Positions 42,663 through 54,699 are shown, numbered from the stretch's first letter. The stretch: DNA of 64,000 nt from Phycisphaerae bacterium (GCA_963675745.2 CAXXWX010000019.1:32001-96000), one strand, 5' to 3'. Notes: generated by a model not told the origin, from the sequence alone. Numbers and translations: made by a program.

Positions 42663-43427
42663 ATGCACGCCATGAACCGCTGCCTGGCTGCCATTCCGAT
42701 CGCACTGCTGGTCATCGCCAGCGGTTGCACGACGGCGGAGCGTCCGGCGCTGGGCCCCTTGCCCGACCCGATCCTGAGCACGCGTCCGCCGCGCGCGCTG
42801 CCCTCGCCGAGACAGGTTCCCCTGACGCCGCTCCCGAAACCCGTGCCGATTCGGCGCGCCCCCCAGATCGGGCCCAAGGCGATCGTCGTGGATCCGGGAC
42901 ACGGGGGCAAGGATCCCGGCGCGCCGGGTGTGGGCGCAATCCCGGAGAAGACCGTTAACCTCAAGATCGCGAATCAGGTCGCCGGTGAACTGAGGGCGCG
43001 CGGGGCGCATGTGACGCTCACGCGCAGCGACGACCGCTTTATCACGCTGAATGCGCGCGCACAGCAAGCCGAGCGGCACAACGCCGATTTGTTCGTCTCG
43101 ATCCACGCTGACGCGGCGCGGCGGGCCAGTGCCAGCGGCACAACGGTGTACATCGCGCGCAACGCCTCGCGCCAGAGCATCAGCGCCGCCGAGGCCATCA
43201 CCGCCGCCTTTGAGCGCGCCGGGATCAAATGCCGCGGTGTTCAGCGCGCCGGCTATCGCGTGCTCGTCGGCCACTCGCGGCCGGCGGTCCTGATCGAGTG
43301 CGGATTCCTCTCAAACCCGACCGAGGCCCGGCTGCTGGCCCAGGCACCGTATCAATCCAAGATCGCGGCGGCGATCGTCGATGGTATCAATGACCACTTC
43401 CGCGGCGCCAATATCGTCGGACGCTAG
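42663..43427 (+). CDS. N-acetylmuramoyl-L-alanine amidase (Amidase_3), lipoprotein
   Basis: ASGC lipobox, Pro-rich linker, VDPGHGGKDPGA, EK, FVSIHAD, PAVLIECGFLSN. Confidence 0.94.
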   Translation: MHAMNRCLAAIPIALLVIASGCTTAERPALGPLPDPILSTRPPRALPSPRQVPLTPLPKPVPIRRAPQIGPKAIVVDPGHGGKDPGAPGVGAIPEKTVNLKIANQVAGELRARGAHVTLTRSDDRFITLNARAQQAERHNADLFVSIHADAARRASASGTTVYIARNASRQSISAAEAITAAFERAGIKCRGVQRAGYRVLVGHSRPAVLIECGFLSNPTEARLLAQAPYQSKIAAAIVDGINDHFRGANIVGR

Positions 43428-43458
43428 CGCGGTTTCAGAAGAGACCGGTCACGTGGCT

Positions 43459-43523
43459 GTGTGCCACGGCTCTGTGAGCCGTGAGGTTGGCATCGAGACT
43501 GCACTGCTCAAGAGCGGTGGCAC
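43459..43523. repeat. REP doublet of the GTGCCAC-GCTC family
   Basis: GTGTGC-CACGGCTC-TGT-GAGCCGTG and an inverted GTGC-CACCGCTC-TT-GAGCAGTG; near-identical copy at 50036-50062. Confidence 0.8.
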
Positions 43524-43586
43524 GCTGGATCGTTTCCGAAAACGCCTTGGTTCTCTCTCGGGTTCCACCGCCTCGCTCACATAGCA

Positions 43587-43668
43587 CTGTAGCGGCCTGC
43601 GCCTCGCAGGCCGTCGATGTCAAACGGTGTTCGCGCTATACGGCGGCTGGCGGGGCGCGGGCCGTTAC
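43587..43668. repeat. REP doublet (REPIN-like), copy 2
   Basis: 43587-43616 is the exact reverse complement of 29849-29878; the spacer and the second GTAA REP are also similar. Confidence 0.85.
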
Positions 43669-43676
43669 GCGCTGTG

Positions 43677-44666
43677 TCACCAGGCCTCGAGGTCGCCGAC
43701 AATCTCCTCGACCAGATCCTTAATGGTCAGCACGCCCAGGCAGTCGCCGCGGCGGTTGCAGACGATCGCCATTGCCTCGTGGGCCCGTTGCAGCTTGCGC
43801 AGCGCGGCCGGCACCGTATGGCCGGCGTTCAGCCGAACCGCGTCGCGCGCGAGTTCGGCGATCGGACGCTCCGCCTCGTCGGTCAACACGTCGAAAACGT
43901 TTACCACGCCGATGATATGGCGTGGATTCCCGCGATACACGGGAAGGCGCGAGAAGTGGGCCATGCGCGCGATGCGCAGGAAGTCCGCGCGCGGCAGATC
44001 GGCGGAGACCATTGCCACCCGGGGGCGGGGGATCATCACGCGCGCCACCCGGGTGCGCGCCAGGCTCATCACGCGTTCGAAGGTCTCGCGCTGAAACGTG
44101 GAGAGACCGCCGCGCTCCGCCCCCTCGAGCAACAGCTTACGCATGCGTGCCCGCGGCAGCAGGTCGCGCTCAGCCTCGGCCTGGACGGGATCGATGAAAC
44201 GCAGCAATCCGCGCGTCAGGCGCATGAGCGCCGCCAGCAAGCCCGTCAGACGCACCACGCGCATCCACACCGCGAGCGGAATCGAGCAGGCATACATCAT
44301 GCGATTCGCGCGGCGCCGGAATCGTTCTTTCGGCAGAATGTTGCCGAAGACCAGTATCGCCGGCGTCACGATCGCAGTCGTGTAGAGTTCCGCCGTACTG
44401 GTACTGACCGCGGCGCGCAACCAGAGGGCAGTGATCAACGCCGCCGCCAGGTAGTCGGCGATGTTCGTCCCGACCAGTGCGGTGATAACCAGCCATTCAA
44501 AGCGTTCGGTCAGTGGTAACAGACGCCGGGCCGCGTGATTGCCGCGCGAGCTATCCACGCGCAAGCGCACGTTGTTCAGCGCATACACGCCCATTTCGGT
44601 GCCGGAGAAGAACCCGCTCAGCAACACCGCCAGCAGCGCCCCCGCCAACAGCAGCAACGAGACCAT
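43677..44666 (-). CDS. CNNM (DUF21) + CBS domain hemolysin-family protein
   Basis: SGFFSGTEMG, LVGTN, FGNILPK, VMIPR, FSRLPVY, DLVEEIVG. Confidence 0.92.
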   Translation of the reverse strand: MVSLLLLAGALLAVLLSGFFSGTEMGVYALNNVRLRVDSSRGNHAARRLLPLTERFEWLVITALVGTNIADYLAAALITALWLRAAVSTSTAELYTTAIVTPAILVFGNILPKERFRRRANRMMYACSIPLAVWMRVVRLTGLLAALMRLTRGLLRFIDPVQAEAERDLLPRARMRKLLLEGAERGGLSTFQRETFERVMSLARTRVARVMIPRPRVAMVSADLPRADFLRIARMAHFSRLPVYRGNPRHIIGVVNVFDVLTDEAERPIAELARDAVRLNAGHTVPAALRKLQRAHEAMAIVCNRRGDCLGVLTIKDLVEEIVGDLEAW

Positions 44667-46000
44667 CAAGGCGTGCCCCCCTCTTCATCGCCGTTCTCCG
44701 CGAGCAGGCGCAGGTCCAGCCGCTCTATCCGCCGCTGCGCCAGTTCCGTGACTTCCAGCTCGATGTTCGCAATCTGCACCCGATCACCGACCCGTGCCGG
44801 CCGCCCCAGCCGTGCGGTGACCAGTCCGCCGACGGTCGTGACCCGCTCCGGCAGTGCCGGCAGTTGAAAGGTCTCGGACCAGTAGTGCACGCTGAGTCGC
44901 CCGCTGATGTCATATTCGCGCTCACTGCGGCGCTCGATCTCGGGACGCTGCTTCTCCTCGTGAGGCCCGTAGATCTCGCCGACAATGTTCTCCAGCACAT
45001 CCTCCAACGCTACCAGTCCGGCCACGCCGCCGAACTCGTCGACCGCAATGGCGATTTGTGAATGCGTGTCGCGGAAGTGGTGCAGTACCTGCTCGCACGT
45101 GATCAGCTCCGGCACGAAGCGTACCGGCGTCACCAGGTCGCGCAGCGACTTGTCGCGCTCGAAGAAGAGCACTTTCGCGTATATCAGGCCGATGATCTGA
45201 TCGATCGCCCCGTCATAGACGGGAATCTTCTTCAGCCGAGTACGCCGCATCAGATCGAGCAGTCCGGCCAGGGGGGCGTTTACATCGTGGGCGGCGATCT
45301 CGACACGCGGGACCATGACTTCACGCACGCGAATCTGTCCGAGGTTGATGATCTCCCGCAGCATCTCATCCTCGGCCGCCTCAAGCAGTCCACCGTGCCG
45401 GTTGACCTCCAGGAGAGCCTTCAACTCATCGGGGCGGATACCGTGCGGCGACACGTGGGCCCCGCTCTTGTCGGCGAAAAGAACGCGGTTGATCGGTTCG
45501 ACCAGCAAGAGATCAATCAGACGTCCGATTGGGCCGCAGGGATAGCCGGCCACTTTCACCAACACTGCTGAATAGGGTGCCAGTCGGCCGGCGAGACTTA
45601 CGCCCAGCACCTTGGGTACGACCTCGCCAAAGACCACAACCAGCAGAATGCTGAGCAGACCCACAACCGGGACGATCCAATCGCCGACGCGCGCCGCCAG
45701 ATGGTGGTTGAGCACGAATGACACCGAAAACATCAGAATGTTGACGGCCGTATTGGCGACAAGAATCACCATCAGCGTGTGTTTGGGGTTCGCCATGCAC
45801 GAGGCGGCGAGCCGGCGGAAGCGGTTGGGACTGGTCGCGTCATGATGGATTTGCGTCGGGGAACGGGAGAACAGCACGGCCTCGCTGCCCGAGAACAGGC
45901 CCGACAACACCAGTAGGCCCAGAATCGTCAGACCGCTGAGCGCGCCACCCATCCAGGTTAACTCGCCGGCCGCAAGGAGCATTGAAGGGAAGCTGTTCAT
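44666..46000 (-). CDS. CNNM + CBS + CorC/HlyC hemolysin-family protein
   Basis: SGLFSGSEA, FGEVVPK, VMVPR, VDEFGGVAGLVALEDVLENIVG, TVGGL. Start is approximate. Confidence 0.92.
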   Translation of the reverse strand: MNSFPSMLLAAGELTWMGGALSGLTILGLLVLSGLFSGSEAVLFSRSPTQIHHDATSPNRFRRLAASCMANPKHTLMVILVANTAVNILMFSVSFVLNHHLAARVGDWIVPVVGLLSILLVVVFGEVVPKVLGVSLAGRLAPYSAVLVKVAGYPCGPIGRLIDLLLVEPINRVLFADKSGAHVSPHGIRPDELKALLEVNRHGGLLEAAEDEMLREIINLGQIRVREVMVPRVEIAAHDVNAPLAGLLDLMRRTRLKKIPVYDGAIDQIIGLIYAKVLFFERDKSLRDLVTPVRFVPELITCEQVLHHFRDTHSQIAIAVDEFGGVAGLVALEDVLENIVGEIYGPHEEKQRPEIERRSEREYDISGRLSVHYWSETFQLPALPERVTTVGGLVTARLGRPARVGDRVQIANIELEVTELAQRRIERLDLRLLAENGDEEGGTP

Positions 46001-46228
46001 GTTCGCTCGCGCGGAGGCAACGTCCGCGTGCGCACCGTAGCGGGCAGGCACGCGCGCGACAAGCCTGCCGGGGTCCTCCAACAATCATGCCCGCCGCGCT
46101 CGATACATATCCAGGACATGCGCGACAATCAGGCGGGCGACACTTATAATGGAAGCAGCGCCCGGCGCGCAGCGGGCAATACGCCAGTCGACGCCACGTT
46201 GAGCCTATCGAGGAGGCACCGGGAAGGA

Positions 46229-47728
46229 ATGGCCATGTTTTCCAGCCACCGTCGCCGCGGGCGACTGATCACGCTGGCGGTTTTCGCCCTGCTGGTGGCA
46301 GGTGTGGCGGGCCAGGAGCGTCTCAACATCTGGGGCACGCCGCCCCGCGAGGAGGCCCATCGCACCAAGGCCGCCGAGGGTTTCCCTCCGCTGCCACTGC
46401 CGGTTGTGCCGCAACGGCGTACCGAGAAGAAGCGCCCGCCGGCGCCGCCCAAGCTGGTGGCCAACGTTGGTGGATTCGGCCATGCCGGTTGGAAAGGCTC
46501 GCCCGGCGCCGTCGACCAGCTTCTGAAGAATGCGCGACGTCGTCTGAATGTCTGGTACGGCTGGGAGCAGCTCGGCTTGGGCGAGATCGTCCGCAAACAC
46601 GCCGCCGGTGTCGATCACCACACGCCGGTGTTGTACTTCTGCGCGTACTATCCTCTGGACCTGAGCGATGACGCGCGCGACGCCTTGCGCAGCTACGCGC
46701 TGGGCGGCGGCACGCTGGTCATCAACTGCTGCGGGCAGCGGTCGGCATTCGAGTCCGCCGCGGCTGAGCTGGGCAAGATGTTCCCGCAATACCCGCTGCG
46801 TCCCCTGCCGCCCGACCATCCGCTGTATCACGCGTACTACGCGATTGAGCAGGTGCGCTATCCACTGCCATCCGATAACCCGCTGGACACCGGTGCCGCC
46901 GGGACCGGTCCGCCCCGCCTGCGCGCCATCACGCTCGGCACGCGTGCGGCGGTAATCGTCAGCCTGGAGGATCTCGCCTGCGGCTGGAACGAGTGGAACA
47001 ATCCACGCGTCGCGCGCGTCAGCGCCGCCGACTCCACGCAACTCGGGCTGAATCTGATCACGTATGTTACGGCCGAGCAGCGTTATGCCCGTTTTCTTGC
47101 GGAGACGCGTGAGATCGCCGGTCCCAGCGTGCGCCCGCGCCAGCAGCTTACGCTGGTGCAGTTGATCCACGACGGGAATTGGAATCCGAACCCGTCAGCC
47201 GTGCCGTTCTTCCTGGCCGAGCTGGCGTCGAACACGTCAATCGCGGTCAACTTCAAGCGCCAGACGATGGAGATCAAGGACCCCAGCCTGTTCAGCCAGC
47301 CACTGCTCTACATGACCGGTTCGTGGGCGCCGAATCTGTCCAGCGAGGAGATCGCCCTGCTGCGGCGCTTTCTGACCAACGGCGGCGTGTTGATCGCCGA
47401 CAGCGCGGCGGGCCGCGCTGAGTTTGACCGCGGCTTTCGGGAGATGTGCGCCGCGCTGTTGCCGGATCATCCGCTCCGCAGATTACCCGCTGATCACGCT
47501 GTTTTCACGAGTTTCTATTCGATCACGCAACTGCGCGCAAACCACAAGCCGGACCCGATCGAGCCGGAGTTGGAAGGTGTGTTCGTTGGTGGTCGGCCAT
47601 TGATTATCTACAGTCCGCTGGGCCTGAGCGACGGCTGGGCCCGGCAATTCAGCGCCTATGCGCGGGCCTACGCCGCGCCGGATGCGGTTAAACTGGGCAC
47701 GAATCTGGTCGTGTACGCCATGCAGTGA
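46229..47728 (+). CDS. Exported protein with two tandem DUF4159-like domains
   Basis: Signal peptide. Two repeats: LRSYALGGGTL..LPPDHPLY..DLACGW..LGLNLITY and LRRFLTNGGVL..LPADHAVF..GLSDGW..LGTNLVVY. Confidence 0.82.
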   Translation: MAMFSSHRRRGRLITLAVFALLVAGVAGQERLNIWGTPPREEAHRTKAAEGFPPLPLPVVPQRRTEKKRPPAPPKLVANVGGFGHAGWKGSPGAVDQLLKNARRRLNVWYGWEQLGLGEIVRKHAAGVDHHTPVLYFCAYYPLDLSDDARDALRSYALGGGTLVINCCGQRSAFESAAAELGKMFPQYPLRPLPPDHPLYHAYYAIEQVRYPLPSDNPLDTGAAGTGPPRLRAITLGTRAAVIVSLEDLACGWNEWNNPRVARVSAADSTQLGLNLITYVTAEQRYARFLAETREIAGPSVRPRQQLTLVQLIHDGNWNPNPSAVPFFLAELASNTSIAVNFKRQTMEIKDPSLFSQPLLYMTGSWAPNLSSEEIALLRRFLTNGGVLIADSAAGRAEFDRGFREMCAALLPDHPLRRLPADHAVFTSFYSITQLRANHKPDPIEPELEGVFVGGRPLIIYSPLGLSDGWARQFSAYARAYAAPDAVKLGTNLVVYAMQ

Positions 47729-47764
47729 TCGACGAACAAGAAGCGGTGGCGCGGCCCGTCATCA

Positions 47765-47789
47765 TGACCGGTTGGAAACCGGTCCCACA
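47765..47789 (-). repeat. REP of the TGTGG + 8-bp stem + TCC loop family
   Basis: Minus strand TGTGG-GACCGGTT-TCC-AACCGGTC; relatives at 57966-57989 and 29947-29969. Confidence 0.75.
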
Positions 47790-47839
47790 ACGGCTGACGC
47801 CTGCGTCGGCCGCAGACCGCCAACAGCACCCGGAGCACC

Positions 47840-48867
<1,028 letters not shown>

Positions 48868-48871
<4 letters not shown>

Positions 48872-50001
48872 CCTCTGAGCTGGGAACCATGCCGCGCTCA
48901 CACGCCAACCCGTTGCTTGACCCCCAGACGCTCGAACGTGTACGCGGGCTCGCCCTCGTGGCTCGTCGAGTTGTCGAGGGTGCGCTGCACGGATTACACC
49001 GCTCGCCGCTGCACGGCTTGTCGATCGAGTTCGCACAGCACCGTGAGTATTCACCTGGCGATGAGCTCAAACACCTCGACTGGCGCGTCATTGCCCGCAG
49101 TGACCGTTACGTCATCAAGCAGTACCAGCAGGAGACCAATCTGCGCGCCGTGCTCTTTGTCGATTGCTCCAAGTCCATGGCCTACGGTGCCCACAAGCTC
49201 CCAGGCACAAGCGTCACAGCCGCGCCCCGTGGTGGTCGGGAACCGCCGGACCTCGCGGCATCGCCTGATCAGCTCGCCGGTCAGTCTGACCAGCTCGGAG
49301 CTGGTCCCGGCGACTTGGCGATCGACGTATCGGCGGCCAGTGATATTGAACGCGATGCCGGCTCATCCGAGCGCGTGGTGCCGGCTGATCCTCACGAGAA
49401 GCTGCATTACGCGAAGACGCTTGCCGCCGCCCTGACGCACCTGCTGCTTGGCCAGGGAGATTCGGTCGGGCTGGTGCTGACCAGCTACAAGACCGTCGCG
49501 CACGTGCCGCCGCGCGCCACCCCCGGACATCTGATGACCATCTGCCACACGCTCGAGCGCGCCCGGGCCCGGGGCTTTACCGATCTGTCGGGCGTCATGC
49601 GGCAGTTTGCCACTCGTCTCAAGCGCCGCAGCCTGGTCATCGTGATCAGCGACCTGCTCGACGACCCCGACCAGGTGCTCAGTGCCCTCGGCCAGCTCCA
49701 CCACCGCGGTCACGAGGTAATAGTCTTTCAGACGCTCGATCCGCGCGAGCTCACCTTTGACCTGGGCCTGGCGGCCGTTGGTGTGACAATCATCCGCGAT
49801 CTCGAGACCGGCGCCGAATTCGAAGCCGAGCCACAGCTCATCCACGACCTGGTCAGAAAGGAGATCAACACCTTCTTTGATCACCTCGACAACGGCGCTC
49901 GCCGCCACGGCGTACACCTGATCCGTTGCCAGACAACCGACCCCGCCGAACGCGTCCTTACCGACTACCTGCACTCGAGATTGAAACGGGGCCGACTATG
50001 A
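48868..50001 (+). CDS. DUF58 protein
   Basis: GLHRSPLHGLSIEFAQHREYSPGD, DW, DCSKSM, ISDL; low-complexity insert after SMAYG. Confidence 0.93.
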
Positions 50002-50035
50002 TCGTGGCTCGATCCTGTCAGACTCGCGGGTTCAC

Positions 50036-50062
50036 CTGTGCGCCACGGCTCTATGAGCCGTG
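50036..50062 (+). repeat. REP of the GTGCCAC-GCTC family
   Basis: CTGTGCGC-CACGGCTC-TAT-GAGCCGTG, nearly identical to 43459-43483. Confidence 0.8.
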
Positions 50063-50095
50063 CTTCGCGCCGCGTGCTTGCACCACCGATGCCCA

Positions 50096-52381
50096 ATGAC
50101 CCTGCTATCCCCCCTGGCTCTGCTTTTTGCTCTGACGGCCGCCGTGCCGTTGATTCTGCATTTGTACCAGCGCCGGCACCGCAGCGTGATTGTTTTCTCG
50201 ACCAACCGTTTCTTCACCGCCTCCGTAATTCGCTCGCAACGCCGGCTACAGCTTCAGCGACTGCTGCTGCTCGTGCTGCGCATGGCGGCCTGCGGGTTTT
50301 TGGCCCTGGCGCTGGCGCGCCCCGTGCTGACCTGGTCCGGCATCATCGGCGGCGAACCAGGCACACGCGACCTGGTGATCCTGCTTGATGACAGTCTCTC
50401 CATGCAGGCCGTGGACGCGGTGGCGGGCGTTGGTGTTCCATCAACCGGACGGCAGGGGCTCGTGGATAGAGAACGCCGCTCCGTTTCCACGCGCCGCCAG
50501 CAAACGCGATTTGACCGCGCGCGCGACCTCGCCCTTCAGACGCTGGATGAACTTGCCGCTCACGATCGGGCCGCGATCATCACTTTCACCGGGCGGGCGC
50601 TGGGTCACGAGTCGCGCGCCGGACTCACGCCGACCGACAACCTGCTGATGTTGACCGACGAATTGGAGCAAATGCGCCCGACCTTCGCGGCCGGCGACGC
50701 TTTCTCGGCCCTGCAAACAGCGGCCCGCGTGCTGGAGCACAGCGAACGGCGCACGCGTTTGATGGTCGTCCTCAGTGATTTCCAGGATTCGGATTGGCGG
50801 CGCGGCGGTTGGCCACAACCCTTGCACCCGGTGGCGACCGCGTACATCGACGTGGGCCCGCCGGCGTTCGCCAACGTGTCCGCCGATCAACTCCTGCTGA
50901 GCCAGGCCAGTGCCATCGTCGAACAACCCAACCTGCTTCGGTTGCGACTGATCAACCACGACCGGCAGACGCGCTCCGTCGAGCTGGCCTTGCGCGTCGA
51001 CGGCGTCGAGCAGTTGCGCCGGACGGTCGAGCTCGTCGCCCAGAGCCCGCGAATCGAACACCTGCCTGTTACCTTCGACACTCCCGGCCTGCACCGCCTG
51101 ACACTCGACATCCTCCACCGCGACGCATTGGCCGCCGACAACACGCTGCACGCCACCGTCTGCGTCAACGATCGCCTGCCCGTGTTGATCATCAGCGGTG
51201 ATTCGGACCGTCCGCGCGATCGCTCGGGGGCGTTTTATCTACGCGCCGCGGCGCGCGCAGTCAGCCCCGATGGCGAGAGCATCCAGACCGACCTCATTCG
51301 GCCCGACGCCCTGCCCGGCACAACCCTCGACAACAGCCGCGTCATCGTCCTCAGCAATGTCGCCAGCCTGCCGCTGCCCCAGCTCGAACGCCTCGAACGC
51401 TTCGTGATGGCCGGCGGCGGACTCGCCATCTTCCTCGGCAACAGCGCCGACACCGATTTCTACAACAACATCATGGGGGCCGAAACGCGGCCGCTCGGTG
51501 GGCTGATGCCCGGCCAGATTCGCGCGCTCGTCGGCGGCCGGGAAGGTGAGCTGCCGCTCAACGTGGTCGAGGCCGACCTGGACCACCCGATTCTGCAACG
51601 CTTCGAAGGCGCGCTGCGCGGCGCACTGGCCGCCGTCAATATCTACCGTGCCCACGTCGTCCAACCGCGCGCCGCATGGGTGCTGGCGCGACTTAACGAT
51701 CAGGCGCCGCTTATCCTCCAGCGAAACTACGGCGAAGGCCGCGTAGTGCTGTTCACCTGCCCGCCGCAACCCACCTGGACCGATCTACCGCTCAAGGGCA
51801 CGTTTATCCCGCTGGTCAGTCGCACTCTCAGCTACCTCGCCGGCGGTGTCGAATCGCAGCGTGGGGTTGAGGTCGGCCGTGAGCTGACGATAGGCCATGG
51901 GTCTTCCGCCACCGAGACACCAATCTATGTCACAAAGCCCGACGGTGTGCGCGTAACCGCGCGTATTGCGGTGGAACGCCAGCCCTCGGTGTCGGGGCCG
52001 CGCGTCTATCTACCGGCCGCGATGGTCGACCGACCCGGAATCTATGAGATCGACCGACCGCCGGCTTCCGACCCGCGCGCGATGATGTTGCGCGCGGTAA
52101 ACGCGCCGCGATGCGAGTCAAGTTCGACGCCGGTTGAGCGCACGGCTCATGCTGGTGCCGCCGGCGATTGGAATGTCACCGATGTGGCCCCGAGTGGGGA
52201 GGGTTCGCCGCAGCGTTCGATCATCGCCCCGCTGTCAGCCAGTGCCGCCGCCGGACGCGGCATATGGGATATGCTGCTCTGGGTAGCGCTGGCCATTGTG
52301 CTGCTCGAACCGCTCATCGCCAATCGCCGCACCCTCAAGCGCGTCGCACCGACGCGCGCGGTCAAGCGGAGGGCGGCGTGA
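50096..52381 (+). CDS. BatA N-terminal domain + vWA membrane protein
   Basis: PLILHL..F..LLLLVLR..LALARP, MIDAS DDSLS, SDFQ, GGGLAIFLG, WTDLP, C-terminal TM. Confidence 0.88.
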   Translation: MTLLSPLALLFALTAAVPLILHLYQRRHRSVIVFSTNRFFTASVIRSQRRLQLQRLLLLVLRMAACGFLALALARPVLTWSGIIGGEPGTRDLVILLDDSLSMQAVDAVAGVGVPSTGRQGLVDRERRSVSTRRQQTRFDRARDLALQTLDELAAHDRAAIITFTGRALGHESRAGLTPTDNLLMLTDELEQMRPTFAAGDAFSALQTAARVLEHSERRTRLMVVLSDFQDSDWRRGGWPQPLHPVATAYIDVGPPAFANVSADQLLLSQASAIVEQPNLLRLRLINHDRQTRSVELALRVDGVEQLRRTVELVAQSPRIEHLPVTFDTPGLHRLTLDILHRDALAADNTLHATVCVNDRLPVLIISGDSDRPRDRSGAFYLRAAARAVSPDGESIQTDLIRPDALPGTTLDNSRVIVLSNVASLPLPQLERLERFVMAGGGLAIFLGNSADTDFYNNIMGAETRPLGGLMPGQIRALVGGREGELPLNVVEADLDHPILQRFEGALRGALAAVNIYRAHVVQPRAAWVLARLNDQAPLILQRNYGEGRVVLFTCPPQPTWTDLPLKGTFIPLVSRTLSYLAGGVESQRGVEVGRELTIGHGSSATETPIYVTKPDGVRVTARIAVERQPSVSGPRVYLPAAMVDRPGIYEIDRPPASDPRAMMLRAVNAPRCESSSTPVERTAHAGAAGDWNVTDVAPSGEGSPQRSIIAPLSASAAAGRGIWDMLLWVALAIVLLEPLIANRRTLKRVAPTRAVKRRAA

Positions 52382-54699
52382 TGACAGCGACCGGTAACAC
52401 GCTTGCGGACCTGGTGCTTCGCTGGCCGGAGATCGGCGTCGTCGGCAGCCTGGCCATCGCGCTCGGCTTCGCGGTCGTCGTGTTTGCCTACACGACCGGA
52501 CTGAGGGCGCAACAACACGCGCCGCAAGCGCGCTTCGGGTTGCTGACGCTGCGCCTCATGGCCGGCGCATGCGCTGCGCTGGCGCTGGCCCACCCGGCGT
52601 GCATTCAGGAAACCGCCACCTTCGAAAAGCCGCATCTTGCCGTTGTTCTCGATGACAGCATTTCCATGTCCACGCCATCGCCAGATTCCTCAGGCGACCA
52701 TGAGAGCACGCGTTATACCCGGGCTACGACGATTCTGCGCGAGAAACTGTCGCCCCATCTGGCCGAGACTCATCAAGTCGCTGTCTTTGACGTCCAGGCC
52801 CGCGCGCTCGAACCCGACGCACTCCCCGCAGCACCGACGGCCGAACGCAGCCCGCTCTCCGATACGCTGACCCGCATCCAGCGCACATTCACCGGCCGCG
52901 CCCTGGCCGGCATAGTGATGCTCTCCGATGGCGCTGAAATCACCGACCAACCCGACGCCAATCGGCTCGACGACCTGCGCGTGCCCGTTCATGCGATCGA
53001 GCTTGTCGATCCCGCGGCTCGTGCAACCGGGCCGCCGGACCTGGCCATCGAAGCGATCAGCGCCAGCCAGCGGACGATTGTCGGCAACACGGTTCGCGCG
53101 ACCGTCGATCTGACGGCGACAGGCGATGTTGGCGATGCCGGCGTCCCGTTGACCATACTCACGGGCGATCGCACTGTCGCGAGCACGACGGTTCGTTGGC
53201 GCCCGGGCGCCGTCACCGCGCGCGCCGAACTGGAGTTTGTCCCACGGCGACCGGGTCAATACAGCTACACGGTTGAACTGGGCGGCCTGCCCGACGAGGT
53301 GGATCTGGCGAACAACCGCGACGTCTTTCCGCTCACGGTTCGCGCTCGGGCGCTGACCGTCTTCTACCTTGATGGCGTGCTCCGCTGGGAAGGCAAGTTC
53401 GTTCGTCAGGCGCTCAACGCCGACCCCGACCTGAACGTGGTCTCGACTGTCCGGACTGTCCCTCCCGGCACAGACCGTGGCTCGCAAGGCATCATCACCG
53501 CGCACCAGCTCGCCGACGTTGATGTCGTGATCCTTGGCGACATCGAGGCCGACTTCTTTTCAACCGACGAGCTCGACGCGTTGACGTCCTGGGTCACAGA
53601 TGGCGGCGGGGCGCTGGTCGTCACCGGCGGGTATCGCAGTTTCGGTCCCGCCGGGTTCGGCCGCTCGCCGCTGCGCCACATTCTGCCGGTCGAATTCAGC
53701 GCCGATCCCAACCCTCAGATCGAGCGGCCTTTCAGCCTGAAGCTGACGGAAGCCGGCCGCCAGCACTCCATTTTCAGCCTGACCCGCGACCGCGTTCGCG
53801 ACGCCGCCTTCTATCACGCGTTACCGCCACTCGACGGCTGTTCCCGGATTGCCGCGGTCAAGCCCGGCGCACAGGTTCTCGCGATCAACCCCACCGTGAC
53901 CGGCCCCGACGGAAGTCAAGGCTACCCGGTAATGGTCACCCAGCGCGTCGGTGCCGGGCAGACGCTGGTTTTCAGCGTGGACACAACCTGGCGCTGGCGC
54001 ACAATCGTCGGCGGCTTTACCGGCGAGGCCGCTTTCTACACAACTTTCTGGGGCCAACTGGTCCGCGCACTTGTCGGGGGTGATGAAGACACCACCAACC
54101 CCCTGCTCGTCTCCACCGACGCCACGCGTTACAAGCCGGGACAAACCATCGAACTGGCCATCCAGATGGCAACCGGCGCGGACGAACCGGTCGAGGAGCG
54201 CGGTACGGCTTCAGAGGTGCCGCCGATGAGCGCGGGGGTCTACAACCTCAGCGCGCGTGCGTTCACCGAGTCCGGGCGCCACCTGAAGATCCCGCTTACC
54301 GACCTGGGTAACGGTCGCCAGCGCGGATCGCTCTCGGCCCGTGCCGCCGGCCGCCTCGATATAAGTGTGATCGCCGAGCCGCCGGCGGTGGCTGAGGATG
54401 CCCTTCAAACAGGCGACGTCTACACGCGTACAATCACGGTCTTCGTTGATCACGCCGATCCGGAACGACGCAACCCCCGTCCCGATCCGCAGTGGCTGGC
54501 CCGCGTCGCGCAACTCACCGGCGGCCACGTCGTCACGCCTGACCAACTCGATGCCTGGATCACCGGGCTGCCGGCGGAACGTGTTGCCGTCGTGCAGACC
54601 GCTACCACCGGCTGGCGTGGCGACCATCTGCTTGGCGGCTTGTGCCTGCTGCTGCTCTGCACCGAGTGGGTCCTCCGGCGTTGGAGTCAACTGGTATGA
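52381..54699 (+). CDS. Membrane protein with vWA, Ig-like and GATase1-like domains
   Basis: N-terminal TMs, DDSISM, SDG, RWEGKF, GGALVVTGG, TWRW, FWGQLVR, C-terminal EWVLRR. TGATG overlap. Confidence 0.82.
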   Translation: MTATGNTLADLVLRWPEIGVVGSLAIALGFAVVVFAYTTGLRAQQHAPQARFGLLTLRLMAGACAALALAHPACIQETATFEKPHLAVVLDDSISMSTPSPDSSGDHESTRYTRATTILREKLSPHLAETHQVAVFDVQARALEPDALPAAPTAERSPLSDTLTRIQRTFTGRALAGIVMLSDGAEITDQPDANRLDDLRVPVHAIELVDPAARATGPPDLAIEAISASQRTIVGNTVRATVDLTATGDVGDAGVPLTILTGDRTVASTTVRWRPGAVTARAELEFVPRRPGQYSYTVELGGLPDEVDLANNRDVFPLTVRARALTVFYLDGVLRWEGKFVRQALNADPDLNVVSTVRTVPPGTDRGSQGIITAHQLADVDVVILGDIEADFFSTDELDALTSWVTDGGGALVVTGGYRSFGPAGFGRSPLRHILPVEFSADPNPQIERPFSLKLTEAGRQHSIFSLTRDRVRDAAFYHALPPLDGCSRIAAVKPGAQVLAINPTVTGPDGSQGYPVMVTQRVGAGQTLVFSVDTTWRWRTIVGGFTGEAAFYTTFWGQLVRALVGGDEDTTNPLLVSTDATRYKPGQTIELAIQMATGADEPVEERGTASEVPPMSAGVYNLSARAFTESGRHLKIPLTDLGNGRQRGSLSARAAGRLDISVIAEPPAVAEDALQTGDVYTRTITVFVDHADPERRNPRPDPQWLARVAQLTGGHVVTPDQLDAWITGLPAERVAVVQTATTGWRGDHLLGGLCLLLLCTEWVLRRWSQLV

